This document shows, in pieces, positions 31,159 through 41,543 of a stretch of DNA of 64,000 nt. This stretch comes from an uncultured Bacteroidales bacterium (GTDB lineage Bacteria > Bacteroidota > Bacteroidia > Bacteroidales > UBA10428): positions 10,179 through 74,178 of the forward strand of contig CAZLLD010000006.1 in NCBI GenBank assembly GCA_964560225.1, written 5' to 3'. The translations under genes and the position numbers were made by a program. Every line of letters starts with the position of its first letter. Position 1 is the stretch's first letter. The notes under the pieces are model-generated. The model did not search any database and was not told the origin of the DNA. It saw only the letters and a program-made list of their open reading frames with translations.

Positions 31159-31206
31159 AAAATTTACATTAAAAGGCAGTAATTAATTATCTCTTTAGTT
31201 TACCGG

Positions 31207-32622
31207 TCACTTCAGAAAGGAGTTGATTTCTTCTGCAGCTTTTCTTCCCGAAGCAATGGCCGTAACAATAAGGCTTGCTCCCCGGGCCGTATCTCCTGCG
31301 GCAAATATCCCGGGCCTGTTGGTTTGCATGTGAGTATTCACTGACACATTTCCCCGGGCATCATAACTTATACCAAGCTCATCCAGCAAACCTTTGTGAA
31401 CAGGATGTATAAATCCCAATGCGAGTATGACCAAATCAGCTTTTACAATTTCAGATTTTCCGGTTCCTTTCATTTTCCGGACCCCATGTTCATCCATGGC
31501 CCATTCTATTTCTTCTGTTTCCACACCGGTTACCCTTCCCTGTTCACCGGTAAACTTTTTTGTGTTTATGCTCCAGCGCCTTTCACACCCTTCCTCATGC
31601 GAACTCGATGTTTTTAAAACATTGGGATACATGGGCCAGGGAGTATCAGGGTTCACACCCTCCGGAGGTTTGGGCAGCAGTTCAATCTGCATTACCCGGG
31701 TGGCTCCCTGACGAATAGATGTTCCAACACAATCGGAGCCTGTATCACCTCCGCCTATCACCAGCACTGTTTTGTCTTTTGCTGAAATCCGGCTTCCATC
31801 CGGGATCTCTTTTTTTGAAACCAGGAAATTCTGCTGATAAAGAAAATCCAGTGCGAAACAGATTCCTTTCAGATCTCTTCCTTCCACTTTCAGGTCCCGG
31901 GGTTCGCCCGATCCAATGGCTATACATACCGCATCATAATTGTTCAGCATGACTTGGACAGGTATATTCTTTCCAACCTCTGAATTCGTTTTGAAAACAA
32001 TTCCCTCGGCTGACATCAGGTTTAAGCGGCGGTCGATTACCGTTTTGCTCAGTTTGAAATCGGGAATCCCGTATCGCAATAATCCGCCAATGGCATCATT
32101 CTTCTCGTAAACGGTTACCAGGTGACCCTTCTTATTGAGCTGGTCGGCACATGCCAGACCGGCAGGACCTGAGCCTATCACCGCGATTTTTTTGCCGGTT
32201 CTTTTCAGGGGTGGGTTGGGTTTCAGATATCCTTCTGCAAACCCATGTTCAATAATTGCCGCTTCATTTTCCCGGATCGTAACTGCCGATCTGTTCAGTT
32301 CAAGCACGCAACTTTTTTCACATGGAGCTGGACATACGCGACCTGTAAACTCAGGAAAATTGTTGGTTGAGTGAAGTGAGTCAAGTGCTTCCTTCCATTT
32401 TCCCCGATACACCAAATCCTGCCATTCCGGCATTTTATTTCCCAGAGGACAAGCCCAATGGCAAAAAGGTACTCCGCAATCCATACACCGCGAGGCTTGC
32501 AATACCCGGTCGCCGGTATTCAGCGTCTGTTCAACTTCACTGAAATCCGATATCCTTTCATGTACCGGACGATAACCGGCATTCTTTCTTTCTATTGTTA
32601 AAAATGCTTTTGGATTTCCCAT
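31207..32622 (-). CDS. gltD: glutamate synthase small subunit
   Basis: N-terminal Cys clusters (CMDCGVPFC; CPAPCEKSC) and two dinucleotide folds (VIGSGPAG; VIGGGDTG). Confidence 0.9.
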   Translation of the reverse strand: MGNPKAFLTIERKNAGYRPVHERISDFSEVEQTLNTGDRVLQASRCMDCGVPFCHWACPLGNKMPEWQDLVYRGKWKEALDSLHSTNNFPEFTGRVCPAPCEKSCVLELNRSAVTIRENEAAIIEHGFAEGYLKPNPPLKRTGKKIAVIGSGPAGLACADQLNKKGHLVTVYEKNDAIGGLLRYGIPDFKLSKTVIDRRLNLMSAEGIVFKTNSEVGKNIPVQVMLNNYDAVCIAIGSGEPRDLKVEGRDLKGICFALDFLYQQNFLVSKKEIPDGSRISAKDKTVLVIGGGDTGSDCVGTSIRQGATRVMQIELLPKPPEGVNPDTPWPMYPNVLKTSSSHEEGCERRWSINTKKFTGEQGRVTGVETEEIEWAMDEHGVRKMKGTGKSEIVKADLVILALGFIHPVHKGLLDELGISYDARGNVSVNTHMQTNRPGIFAAGDTARGASLIVTAIASGRKAAEEINSFLK

Positions 32623-32676
32623 GATGATACTTCCTTACGTTTGAAATGCATGACAAACAAAATGCTTCCGGTAATT

Positions 32677-35600
32677 CTAATAATCGTATTCAACCTGTGC
32701 GATCTTCTTTCGGATGGCCTCCATTTTTTCATCCTGAAGGACTTTTTTATATTCAATAGGCATTATTTTAATGAATTTGCCTGAATAGCTGTCCCAGTTA
32801 TCCAGTATTTTCTTAGCCAGAGGGCTGTCTGTATGGTGATAATGTGCCGATATCAATCCGTGCAGTTCATTGGCATCAGCACTATCCTCTATCAGTGACA
32901 GTTCAACCATTTCCATGTTGCAGAAGTAGTCAAATTTTTCATTTTCATTCAATACATAAGCCAGCCCTCCGCTCATGCCGGCAGCAAAGTTGCGGCCGAC
33001 TTCTCCCAATATAACAGTGCGTCCGCCTGTCATATATTCACAGCAATGATCGCCGGCTCCCTCAACGACAGCAATAGCTCCGCTGTTTCTTACGCAAAAA
33101 CGCTCCCCGGCAATCCCGTTTATATACAATTCCCCTTTGGTTGCTCCGTACAGCAAAGTATTGCCACAGATGACATTCTTTCCGGGGTCAAAGGTTGAAC
33201 CTGCAGGAGGAACTACGATAATTTTACCCCCTGACAACCCTTTGCCCAAATAATCGTTGGCTTCTCCTTCGAGCCTGAATGTAATACCTTTGGCCAGGAA
33301 TGCCCCGAAACTCTGACCTGCAGATCCGGTAAACGAACAGCGGATGGTGTCGTCAGGCAATCCCTCATCGCCATACCGCATAGCTATTTCCCCGGAAAGC
33401 ATGGCACCAACAGTTCGGTCGGTATTGCGAATTTTCTTTGACAATTCAGAATGAATCTTCTTTTCGATAGAGGGTATTGCTGCCTCGATTAAAGCTTTGT
33501 CCAGCACATTTTCAATCTGATGTTCCTGGAATCTTTCCTGTTTAATCGCGTTCTTTGAAGCTTCAGCCGGAACAGACAGAAGCTTTGACAGATCTATTTT
33601 TTTAGTTTTTTCATGGATACCGGAAGGAACAAATTCTATAAGGTCCGTACGTCCGATAATATCATCCAGTTTTCTGAAACCCATTTCCGAAAGATGTTCT
33701 CTGACATCCTGAGCAAGAAAGTTGAAGTAGTTTACCAGGTATTCATACCGGCCGACAAAACGTTTACGCAGATTTTCATCCTGCGTGGCAACTCCAACCG
33801 GACAGGTATTCAGGTGACATTTCCGCATCATAACACAGCCCAGAACAATCAGAGCACTGGTGGCAAAACCGAATTCTTCAGCTCCCATCAGCGCTGCAAG
33901 GATTATATCCCTGCCGGTCTTTAGCTGTCCATCAGCCTGCAGGCGTACCTGACCTCTCAGGTTATTGATTACGAGGGTTTGCTGTGTTTCGGCAAGTCCC
34001 AGTTCCACAGGCAGTCCTGCATACTTGATAGAGCTGGAAGGGCTTGCGCCGGTTCCTCCTTCACAGCCGCTAATCAGAATCATATCGGCTTTTGCCTTTG
34101 CTACTCCGGCGGCAATTGTTCCGACGCCACTTTCTGATACCAGTTTTACACTGATACGGGCATGGGGATTCACGTTCTTCAGGTCGAAGATCAGCTGTGC
34201 CAGGTCTTCAATGGAATAAATATCATGATGTGGTGGCGGAGATATCAGTGAAATTCCGGGAATGGAATGCCTTGTTTTCGCAATAATCTGGTTTACTTTA
34301 TAACCGGGCAACTGACCTCCTTCTCCGGGTTTAGCCCCCTGGGCAACTTTTATCTGCAATTCATCCGCATTCACCAGGTATTCCGTTGTCACTCCAAACC
34401 GGCCCGATGCCACCTGTTTTATGGCACTTCGTCTGTTCAATCCGTCTTCACCTGTTTTAAACCGGGCCGGATCTTCCCCTCCCTCTCCTGTGTTGCTCTT
34501 TCCTCCTATCCTATTCATGGCAACCGCCAAAGCTTCATGTGCTTCTTTGCTGATGGATCCGAACGACATGGCTCCGGTTACAAAACGCTTAGTAATTTCC
34601 GAGGCAGGCTCAACCTGTTCAACCGGTATTCTCGCACCTTTTTTATAATGCATAAAATCACGCAGAAAAACCGGGTTTGATTTTACGTCAACCAGCTGCG
34701 TATATTCTTTAAACTTACTGTAACTTCCTGAGCGGGTAGCCAATTGAAGAGCAGCAATTGTTTCGGGATTCCAGGCATGGTATTCACCATCCCTGCGATA
34801 GGAATAGATCCCTTTATTTTGCAGCGTGTCATAGGCCGTAACTTCATCTCCGAATGCCATGCGATGTGCAGCTATTGATTCCCGGGCAATATCTTCCAGT
34901 CCGATCCCCCCGATACGCGATACAGTTCCCTTGAAATATTTGCTGAGGACTTCAGCGCTGATTCCGACGGCTTCAAAAATCTGTGCGCCCCTGTAACTTC
35001 TGATGGTGGATATGCCCATCTTGGAAAGAACTTTCAACAAGCCTTTGTTCACCGACTTGATGTAATTTTTTTCAGCCGTGTGAAAATCAAGTTGCAAATC
35101 GTGTTTCTTAACCAGGTCTTCAAGAACGGCAAAAGCCATGTAGGGATTGACTGCTGTAGCTCCATAGCCAAAGAGCAACGCAAAATGCATTACCTCGCGG
35201 GGTTCGGCCGTTTCCAAAACCACCGCTATCTGCATCCTTTTTTTCTTTTTAACAAGATAATGATGCACAGCCGAAACAGCAAGCAGTGAAGGTATCGGAA
35301 CATGATTTTCATCTACTTCCCGGTCGCTTAATATGATATAGTGGTAGTGATCATCCACGGCCTGTTCAGCTTTCCTGCAGAGTTCATCAACAGCCTTTTC
35401 CAGGGCAGAAGGACCGTCTTCAGGGTTAAACAGCATGGGCAGGGTAAGCGCTTTAAAACCTTTATACCGCAAGTTTTTAAGAATATCGAACTCTGTATTC
35501 GTCAGCACCGGGCTTTTCAGCTTCACCATCTTGCATAAATCGGGAGACGGTTCCAGCAAGTTTCCTTCCTGCGCCCCGATGTACAAGGTCAGTGACATGA

Positions 35601-37224
35601 CCAATTCCTCGCGGATGGGATCGATCGGCGGATTTGTTACCTGTGCAAACAGTTGACGGAAATAGGAAAACAACAATTGAGGCTTGCCTGACAATACGGC
35701 CAGCGGAGTGTCATTTCCCATGGAAGACACGGGTTCTTTTCCATCGCTGGCCATGGGTATCATTAATCTTTCTATATCTTCCTTGCCGTAGTTGAAAATT
35801 CTCAATTGTCTGGTCAGGTTGTTCAAATCATTTTTTACGTTCCGGCCGGATGAAATTTCATTCAGGCATATCCGGTTTCTTTTCAGCCATTCACCATATG
35901 GATATTCCTTGGCCAGGGTTTCTTTCAACGCTGAATCATAATAAACCACTCCCTGTTCTGTATCAATCATCAGCATTTTACCTGGCTTCAGCCGCCCTTT
36001 TTCTTTAATCTGAGCCGGATCAAAGGGAATTACACCAACCTCGGATGACACCAGTATTGTATCATCATGGGTGATCAGGTAACGTGCGGGACGCAACCCG
36101 TTACGGTCAAGCAGACCACCTGCATACCGGCCGTCTGAGAATAAAAGAGTTGCAGGCCCGTCCCAGGGTTCCATCAATATGCTGTGATACTCATAAAAAG
36201 CTTTCAGTTCTTCCGAAATGGGGTTTTTATCATTCCAGCTTTCGGGTATAAGCATTGCCAGTGCATGTGGCAGGCTTTTCCCCGACATAACAAGAAACTC
36301 CAGTATATTATCCAGTGAAGCGCTGTCACTCATACCTGGCTGTACCAGAGGCAGAATTTCACTAATATCTCCCAGTTTTTCAGATTTCAGGATGCTTTCA
36401 CGGGCTTCCATCCAGTATCGGTTTCCGCGGATGGTATTGATTTCTCCGTTATGCCCCAGCAAACGGAAGGGTTGAGCGAGGTCCCAGGTAGGAAAAGTAT
36501 TGGTGCTAAACCGGGAATGGACAAGGGCCAGACCGCTTGTAAAATAATTGTTGGTAAGATCCGGGAAGTATTCCCTGAGCTGAAGAGAGGTCAGCATTCC
36601 TTTATAAATAAGTCTTTTCGTTGAAAGGCTGACGATATAAAAGCTTCTTTTTTCTTTCAGCGTCGAATGCATAACAGCTTGTTCAGTCTTCTTCAGAATC
36701 CGGTACAGTTTACATTCCAGATTATCCTGGTTTTCACCTCCCGTGATGAAAACCTGCCGGATGGAAGGTTCATTCGATCGTGAGATCTCTCCAAGTACCT
36801 CGCTGTTCACCGGAACATCGCGGATTGCGAGCAAATTCAAATTCTCATTTTCGATTGCTGTTGTAAGAAGCCCGAGACAAAGTCTGAATTCTTCTTCTTC
36901 TTTGGGAAAGAAAACAAGCCCCGTACCGTATTTTCCTTTTTCCGGTACCGGAATTCCCTGCAACAGGATAAACTCGTGAGGAATCTGAACCAAGATACCG
37001 GCTCCGTCACCTGTTTTTACGTCGGCACCTTCTGCACCCCGGTGAACCATATTTTCAAGAACCTGCAATCCTTTCTCCACAATATCATGTGATTTGCTTC
37101 CGTTGATATGAGCCAGCAACCCCACGCCGCAGGCATCATGTTCAAAGGCCGGGTCATACAATCCCTGTTTTTTCGGATACATAAGTTGTCGCATATTCAT
37201 TATTTTACTAACCCTCCAATCCAT
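32677..37224 (-). CDS. gltB: glutamate synthase large subunit
   Basis: Ntn Cys (HDACGVG), FMN/3Fe-4S central domains and a C-terminal GXGXG beta-helix. ATG 37224 lies 1 nt from the glnN stop; ATGs at 37200 and 37194 are alternatives. Confidence 0.95.
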   Translation of the reverse strand: MDWRVSKIMNMRQLMYPKKQGLYDPAFEHDACGVGLLAHINGSKSHDIVEKGLQVLENMVHRGAEGADVKTGDGAGILVQIPHEFILLQGIPVPEKGKYGTGLVFFPKEEEEFRLCLGLLTTAIENENLNLLAIRDVPVNSEVLGEISRSNEPSIRQVFITGGENQDNLECKLYRILKKTEQAVMHSTLKEKRSFYIVSLSTKRLIYKGMLTSLQLREYFPDLTNNYFTSGLALVHSRFSTNTFPTWDLAQPFRLLGHNGEINTIRGNRYWMEARESILKSEKLGDISEILPLVQPGMSDSASLDNILEFLVMSGKSLPHALAMLIPESWNDKNPISEELKAFYEYHSILMEPWDGPATLLFSDGRYAGGLLDRNGLRPARYLITHDDTILVSSEVGVIPFDPAQIKEKGRLKPGKMLMIDTEQGVVYYDSALKETLAKEYPYGEWLKRNRICLNEISSGRNVKNDLNNLTRQLRIFNYGKEDIERLMIPMASDGKEPVSSMGNDTPLAVLSGKPQLLFSYFRQLFAQVTNPPIDPIREELVMSLTLYIGAQEGNLLEPSPDLCKMVKLKSPVLTNTEFDILKNLRYKGFKALTLPMLFNPEDGPSALEKAVDELCRKAEQAVDDHYHYIILSDREVDENHVPIPSLLAVSAVHHYLVKKKKRMQIAVVLETAEPREVMHFALLFGYGATAVNPYMAFAVLEDLVKKHDLQLDFHTAEKNYIKSVNKGLLKVLSKMGISTIRSYRGAQIFEAVGISAEVLSKYFKGTVSRIGGIGLEDIARESIAAHRMAFGDEVTAYDTLQNKGIYSYRRDGEYHAWNPETIAALQLATRSGSYSKFKEYTQLVDVKSNPVFLRDFMHYKKGARIPVEQVEPASEITKRFVTGAMSFGSISKEAHEALAVAMNRIGGKSNTGEGGEDPARFKTGEDGLNRRSAIKQVASGRFGVTTEYLVNADELQIKVAQGAKPGEGGQLPGYKVNQIIAKTRHSIPGISLISPPPHHDIYSIEDLAQLIFDLKNVNPHARISVKLVSESGVGTIAAGVAKAKADMILISGCEGGTGASPSSSIKYAGLPVELGLAETQQTLVINNLRGQVRLQADGQLKTGRDIILAALMGAEEFGFATSALIVLGCVMMRKCHLNTCPVGVATQDENLRKRFVGRYEYLVNYFNFLAQDVREHLSEMGFRKLDDIIGRTDLIEFVPSGIHEKTKKIDLSKLLSVPAEASKNAIKQERFQEHQIENVLDKALIEAAIPSIEKKIHSELSKKIRNTDRTVGAMLSGEIAMRYGDEGLPDDTIRCSFTGSAGQSFGAFLAKGITFRLEGEANDYLGKGLSGGKIIVVPPAGSTFDPGKNVICGNTLLYGATKGELYINGIAGERFCVRNSGAIAVVEGAGDHCCEYMTGGRTVILGEVGRNFAAGMSGGLAYVLNENEKFDYFCNMEMVELSLIEDSADANELHGLISAHYHHTDSPLAKKILDNWDSYSGKFIKIMPIEYKKVLQDEKMEAIRKKIAQVEYDY

Positions 37225-37225
37225 A

Positions 37226-39421
37226 CTACCGGATAAACAATAATTCCCTGTATTTGGGCAAGGTCCACATTTCGTCGTCCACTATCATTTCAAGCTTGTC
37301 AACGTGATATCGTATTACATCGAAATAGGGAAATACAACATCGTGGTACTCATTTGCCTTTTCTTTTACATCTTCCAGTTTGTTGGCTATTTTGCGGGCT
37401 TCAACCATTTCATCTACATTTTTCTTAATAATGGAAACATGTTCAGCGATTTCTTCTATTAAATCCTGATCCAGTGCAGAAATCTTTGCTGCCTTTTTGT
37501 CTGCAAAAACTGCCCTGGTTTTAACAACGTTATCCAAAAGGAGTGATTGATACCGTTTGGCCACCGGAATGATGTGGTTCAGCACCAGGTCGCCCAGCAC
37601 GCGGGCCTCAATCTGTATCTTTTTAATGTATGTTTCCCACTTCACTTCGTTCCGGGCATGCAGTTCAACTTCGGTCAGCACCCCGGTGGTTTTGAACAGC
37701 TGTATTGATGATTTTGAAGTATAGGCTTCAATAATCTTAGGAACGCTTGTTTCACAGTCGAGTTTACGTTTTGCAGCTTCGGCCTTCCAATCATCGCAAT
37801 ATCCGTTACCATCAAAACGTATGGCTTTTGAGGCTTTTATGTATTTTTTTATTACATCAAAAACCGCCTTTTCTTTGGTTGATCCGGCATCAATTTTTGC
37901 ATCAACTTCTGTTTTAAAAAGCGTCAACTGTTCCGCCACAGCGGCGTTTAAAGTGGCCATTGCGGAAGAACAGTTGGCAGATGAGCCAACCGCACGGAAC
38001 TCAAATCGGTTCCCGGTGAAAGCAAATGCCGAGGTACGGTTACGGTCGGTATTATCCAGGAATACTTCCGGAATATGCGGTATTCCTAATTTCAGTCTCT
38101 TTTTGGCATCCAGTATTATTGCTTCTTCACTGCTGCTGTTTTCAAGTTTGTCGAGGACGGCAGTTACCTGAGTTCCGAGAAATGCGGATATGATAGCCGG
38201 GGGTGCTTCGTTGGCGCCCAGCCGGTGCGCATTCTGTGCAGTCATTATGGATGCTTTCAGTAAAGCGTTGTGCCTGTATACAGCCATGAGTGTATTCACC
38301 AGAAATGTCACAAATTGCAGATTGGCTTCAGGTGTTTTCCCGGGCGTAAATAAGCCAACCCCTGTGTCGGTTCCCAACGACCAGTTGTTGTGCTTTCCCG
38401 AGCCGTTAATTCCGGCAAAAGGCTTTTCGTGCAGTAATAACCGGAAACCATGACGCCGTGCAATGCGTTTCATGATTGACATCATCAGCAAATTCTGGTC
38501 GACCGCCAGGTTGCATTCACCAAAAATAGGGGCAACCTCAAACTGGTTTGGAGCCACTTCATTGTGCCGGGTTTTGGCCGGTATGCCATATTTGTATGCT
38601 TCATATTCGACATCTTTCATGAAAGCAGCAACGCGGCTGGGAACGGACCCGAAATAATGGTCTTCCAACTGCTGGTTCTTTGCAGATTCATGACCCAGTA
38701 ACGTACGTCCCGTCAGCAATAAATCAGGACGGGTGGCATATAATCCTTCATCTACAAGGAAATACTCCTGTTCCCAACCCAAATAGGAAAATACTTTCTT
38801 CACGTTTGGGTCAAACAACTGGCATACAGCGGTTGCCGCCTTATCAACTGCGCTTAAGGCCTTTAACAATGGGGCTTTCATATCAAGCGACTCGCCTGTA
38901 TAGGAAATGAAAATGGTTGGGATAACCAGCGTGTCATCCACAACAAAAGCCGGTGATGAAGGATCCCATGCCGTGTAGCCACGGGCTTCAAAAGTGCTCC
39001 GTATACCGCCGCTCGGGAAAGACGATGCATCAGGTTCCTGCTGAACAAGCAAATTGCCCGAGAATTCTTCGATAATAGCTTCACCCGGCCCGGCCACATA
39101 ATCTATAAAGGAATCGTGCTTTTCGGCAGTGCCGTCAGTCAATGGCTGAAACCAGTGTGTATAATGCGTGGCGCCCAGTTCCATCGCCCAGGTTTTCATG
39201 CCGGCAGCCACCCCATCGGCGATGGCAATGTCAATGGTGGCTCCTTTTTCAATGGAATTATTAAGCGACTTCATGATTTCTTTTGACATATACCTGGCCA
39301 TGACAGATTTGGTGAATACATATTCTCCAAAGTAGCCGGAAGTATTTTTTACAGGAGGTGCAACGCATAAAGCTTTTTTCCTGAAAGCATCTTCTACCGC
39401 ATTGAATCGCAAGTTTGACAT
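37226..39421 (-). CDS. glnN: glutamine synthetase type III
   Basis: 731 aa, with the length and motifs of GSIII (NEVAPNQFE, HEKPFAGINGSGKHNNWS). Confidence 0.9.
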   Translation of the reverse strand: MSNLRFNAVEDAFRKKALCVAPPVKNTSGYFGEYVFTKSVMARYMSKEIMKSLNNSIEKGATIDIAIADGVAAGMKTWAMELGATHYTHWFQPLTDGTAEKHDSFIDYVAGPGEAIIEEFSGNLLVQQEPDASSFPSGGIRSTFEARGYTAWDPSSPAFVVDDTLVIPTIFISYTGESLDMKAPLLKALSAVDKAATAVCQLFDPNVKKVFSYLGWEQEYFLVDEGLYATRPDLLLTGRTLLGHESAKNQQLEDHYFGSVPSRVAAFMKDVEYEAYKYGIPAKTRHNEVAPNQFEVAPIFGECNLAVDQNLLMMSIMKRIARRHGFRLLLHEKPFAGINGSGKHNNWSLGTDTGVGLFTPGKTPEANLQFVTFLVNTLMAVYRHNALLKASIMTAQNAHRLGANEAPPAIISAFLGTQVTAVLDKLENSSSEEAIILDAKKRLKLGIPHIPEVFLDNTDRNRTSAFAFTGNRFEFRAVGSSANCSSAMATLNAAVAEQLTLFKTEVDAKIDAGSTKEKAVFDVIKKYIKASKAIRFDGNGYCDDWKAEAAKRKLDCETSVPKIIEAYTSKSSIQLFKTTGVLTEVELHARNEVKWETYIKKIQIEARVLGDLVLNHIIPVAKRYQSLLLDNVVKTRAVFADKKAAKISALDQDLIEEIAEHVSIIKKNVDEMVEARKIANKLEDVKEKANEYHDVVFPYFDVIRYHVDKLEMIVDDEMWTLPKYRELLFIR

Positions 39422-39552
39422 AAGCTGTTATTTAAATTGTTATTCGATTTTTAGATTTCTAATGATATCCATTCATTTTATAGGATATCGTAATAATAAA
39501 ATGGTATTTTAGATCAATATATAATAAAAACATTCTTATTGCTTTCATTTTG

Positions 39553-39560
39553 CAAATATA
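39553..39560 (-). promoter_or_regulatory. candidate -7 box TATATTTG (minus strand) for glnN
   Basis: TAnnTTTG match inside the AT-rich 322-nt glnK-glnN spacer, with a TTG ~21 nt upstream. It would give a ~125-nt leader. Confidence 0.4.
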
Positions 39561-39743
39561 CAATAGCAAATTTGTATTTTGCAACTAAAATGTTATTTAT
39601 TATTTCATATTATTATAAAATAAGTGTAATACGTACTAATATGTAAGTAATATATTTATTTTATAAGTAATGTATTGGTTTTTGCATACTGCAATCTGCT
39701 GTTAAAAAGAAAAGCCTGCCACAAGGCATACCAGTTCCAAGCC

Positions 39744-40088
39744 TTATATGGCGGCGCCTCCCCTTTCCCCGGTACGTATCCGGATGCACTCTTCAAGAGG
39801 GGTAATGAAAATCTTGCCATCACCCACAGAGCCTGCCCCGTTTGAGCGCGCAGATTTTAGAATGGTTTCAACCGTTATATCAACAAACGAATCATTAACG
39901 GCTATCTCGATTTTCAATTTAGGTATCAGGTCGGGAATAATGATCTGACCGCGGTACATTTCTTCAATCCTCTGCTGGCCATGACCTGAAACACGACTGA
40001 CAGTTATTCTTTTAATGTCAGCTTCGATTAATGCTTCACGCACCTTGTCGAGCTGAACTTCCCGGATTATTGCTGTTATTAGTTTCAT
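39744..40088 (-). CDS. glnK: P-II nitrogen regulatory protein (GlnK-like)
   Basis: Aligns along its length to GlnB/GlnK (MKLITAIIR..., GDGKIF, IRIRTGE). The T-loop reads MYRGQIIIPD. Confidence 0.9.
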   Translation of the reverse strand: MKLITAIIREVQLDKVREALIEADIKRITVSRVSGHGQQRIEEMYRGQIIIPDLIPKLKIEIAVNDSFVDITVETILKSARSNGAGSVGDGKIFITPLEECIRIRTGERGGAAI

Positions 40089-40113
40089 TGCCTGTTTTTT
40101 ACTGGTTACTGTA

Positions 40114-41445
40114 TTAACTCGGGTTCAACATGCCATAGCCTCTTTCACCATGATAGGACCTGTCGAGGCCGGCCATCTCATCTTCTTCAGTTGATTTAAA
40201 GGCCATAAACCTGTTTAAAATAAAAATGATCAGAAAAGTCATTACCGCCGCATACGCTATGGCTATGATCACGGCCAGCGCCTGGATCCCAAGCTGGTTC
40301 CATATCGTCCATGAGCCCCCGGCAAGTGAAGCTGCATCGGTCATCCAGGAGCGCCGAATGAAAAAGACAAGGAGAATGGCTCCTGCAATGCCTCCCACTC
40401 CGTGAATACCAAATGCATCCAGGCTATCATCATAGCCCAGCTTATTTTTCAATTGAATTGCCATATAACAAAGCAGGGAGGCTGCTATGCCCAGCGCAAT
40501 TGCTCCGTATGGCTGTACAACCCCTGCAGCAGGGGTAACTGCCACCAGGCCGGCCAGGATCCCGCTCGCAAATCCAAGGGCTGTGGCCTTGCCCTGGTGA
40601 AAACTTTCAATTATAATCCAGCTTAACGCACCGGAAGCTGCGGCCGCCTGAGTGGCCGTTAGAGCCTGTGCCGTACTCAGTCCCGATGAAATACTGCTCC
40701 CTGCATTGAATCCAAACCATCCTACCCAGAGAAGTCCTGCTCCCAGCATGGTAATGATAAGATTATTGGGTCGGATCACCTGGTAGGGATAGCCCCTGCG
40801 GGAACCAATGTACAAAGCAGCAACCAAACCACTTACCCCGGCTGAAATATGAACAACCGTTCCCCCGGCGAAGTCAATCGCTCCTTTCGTTCCGAGGTTA
40901 AACAGGAAGCCGTCGGATGCCCATACCCAATGGCAAAGCGGATTGTATACCAGCAGGCTCCAGATCCCGATAAAGAAACAATACGCTTTGAATGAAACCC
41001 GCTCGGCGAATGCACCGGCAATAAGGGCCGGGGTAATAATCGCAAACTTGCCCTGGAACATCGAAAACACATATTCCGGAATGCCTGCCTCCATGATATT
41101 CGAATCGATTCCCTGCAGGAAAAAATAGTCCCTGTTCCACCCGATCCATCCTCCCAGAATGTTTTGCCCGAAGCACATGCTGTATCCTGCAATTACCCAG
41201 AGCACACTAATAATTCCCATTGCCACAAAGCTGTGCATAATGGTTCCAAGCACATTTTTACTGCGTACCAGTCCGCCGTAAAACATAGCCAACCCCGGTA
41301 TCATAAGCAATACCAGTGCAGTTGATGTGAGCATCCATGCCGTCGCCCCTGTATCTATTTCCGTTCCCCCGGAAGCAAACAAACCGGGAAGTAGGAGAAA
41401 CAGAAGCGACAACAATAACATTAATCGTTTCCATCCTGATTTCAT
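40114..41445 (-). CDS. amt: ammonium transporter
   Basis: Signal peptide plus 11 TM helices. Amt signatures DFAGGTVVHISAG and GIHGVGGIAG. Confidence 0.95.
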   Translation of the reverse strand: MKSGWKRLMLLLSLLFLLLPGLFASGGTEIDTGATAWMLTSTALVLLMIPGLAMFYGGLVRSKNVLGTIMHSFVAMGIISVLWVIAGYSMCFGQNILGGWIGWNRDYFFLQGIDSNIMEAGIPEYVFSMFQGKFAIITPALIAGAFAERVSFKAYCFFIGIWSLLVYNPLCHWVWASDGFLFNLGTKGAIDFAGGTVVHISAGVSGLVAALYIGSRRGYPYQVIRPNNLIITMLGAGLLWVGWFGFNAGSSISSGLSTAQALTATQAAAASGALSWIIIESFHQGKATALGFASGILAGLVAVTPAAGVVQPYGAIALGIAASLLCYMAIQLKNKLGYDDSLDAFGIHGVGGIAGAILLVFFIRRSWMTDAASLAGGSWTIWNQLGIQALAVIIAIAYAAVMTFLIIFILNRFMAFKSTEEDEMAGLDRSYHGERGYGMLNPS

Positions 41446-41481
41446 ACGTGATCGTTTTTAATTTATCCTGATTATTCACGA

Positions 41482-41489
41482 CAAAAGTA
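41482..41489 (-). promoter_or_regulatory. candidate -7 box TACTTTTG (minus strand) for amt-glnK
   Basis: TAnnTTTG match ~37 nt upstream of the amt ATG. Confidence 0.5.
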
Positions 41490-41498
41490 AATTAAATT

Positions 41499-41543
41499 AG
41501 GGGTATTGCAAACAAAAAATATAATAATAACTTTAATACCCCT
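41499..41543. promoter_or_regulatory. candidate operator: 9-bp perfect inverted repeat AGGGGTATT-N27-AATACCCCT
   Basis: Lies immediately upstream of the amt -7 box. Further GGGGAT and GGGGTA boxes are at 41553 and 41605. Confidence 0.4.

Noticed and set aside
39422-39743. Known riboswitch or leader upstream of glnN (for example the glutamine riboswitch), and likewise upstream of folB, purN and pyrG
   Set aside because: I see no conserved riboswitch core sequences. The glnN spacer is nearly pure A/T with no stable conserved helices. The other genes have very short or overlapping upstream regions.
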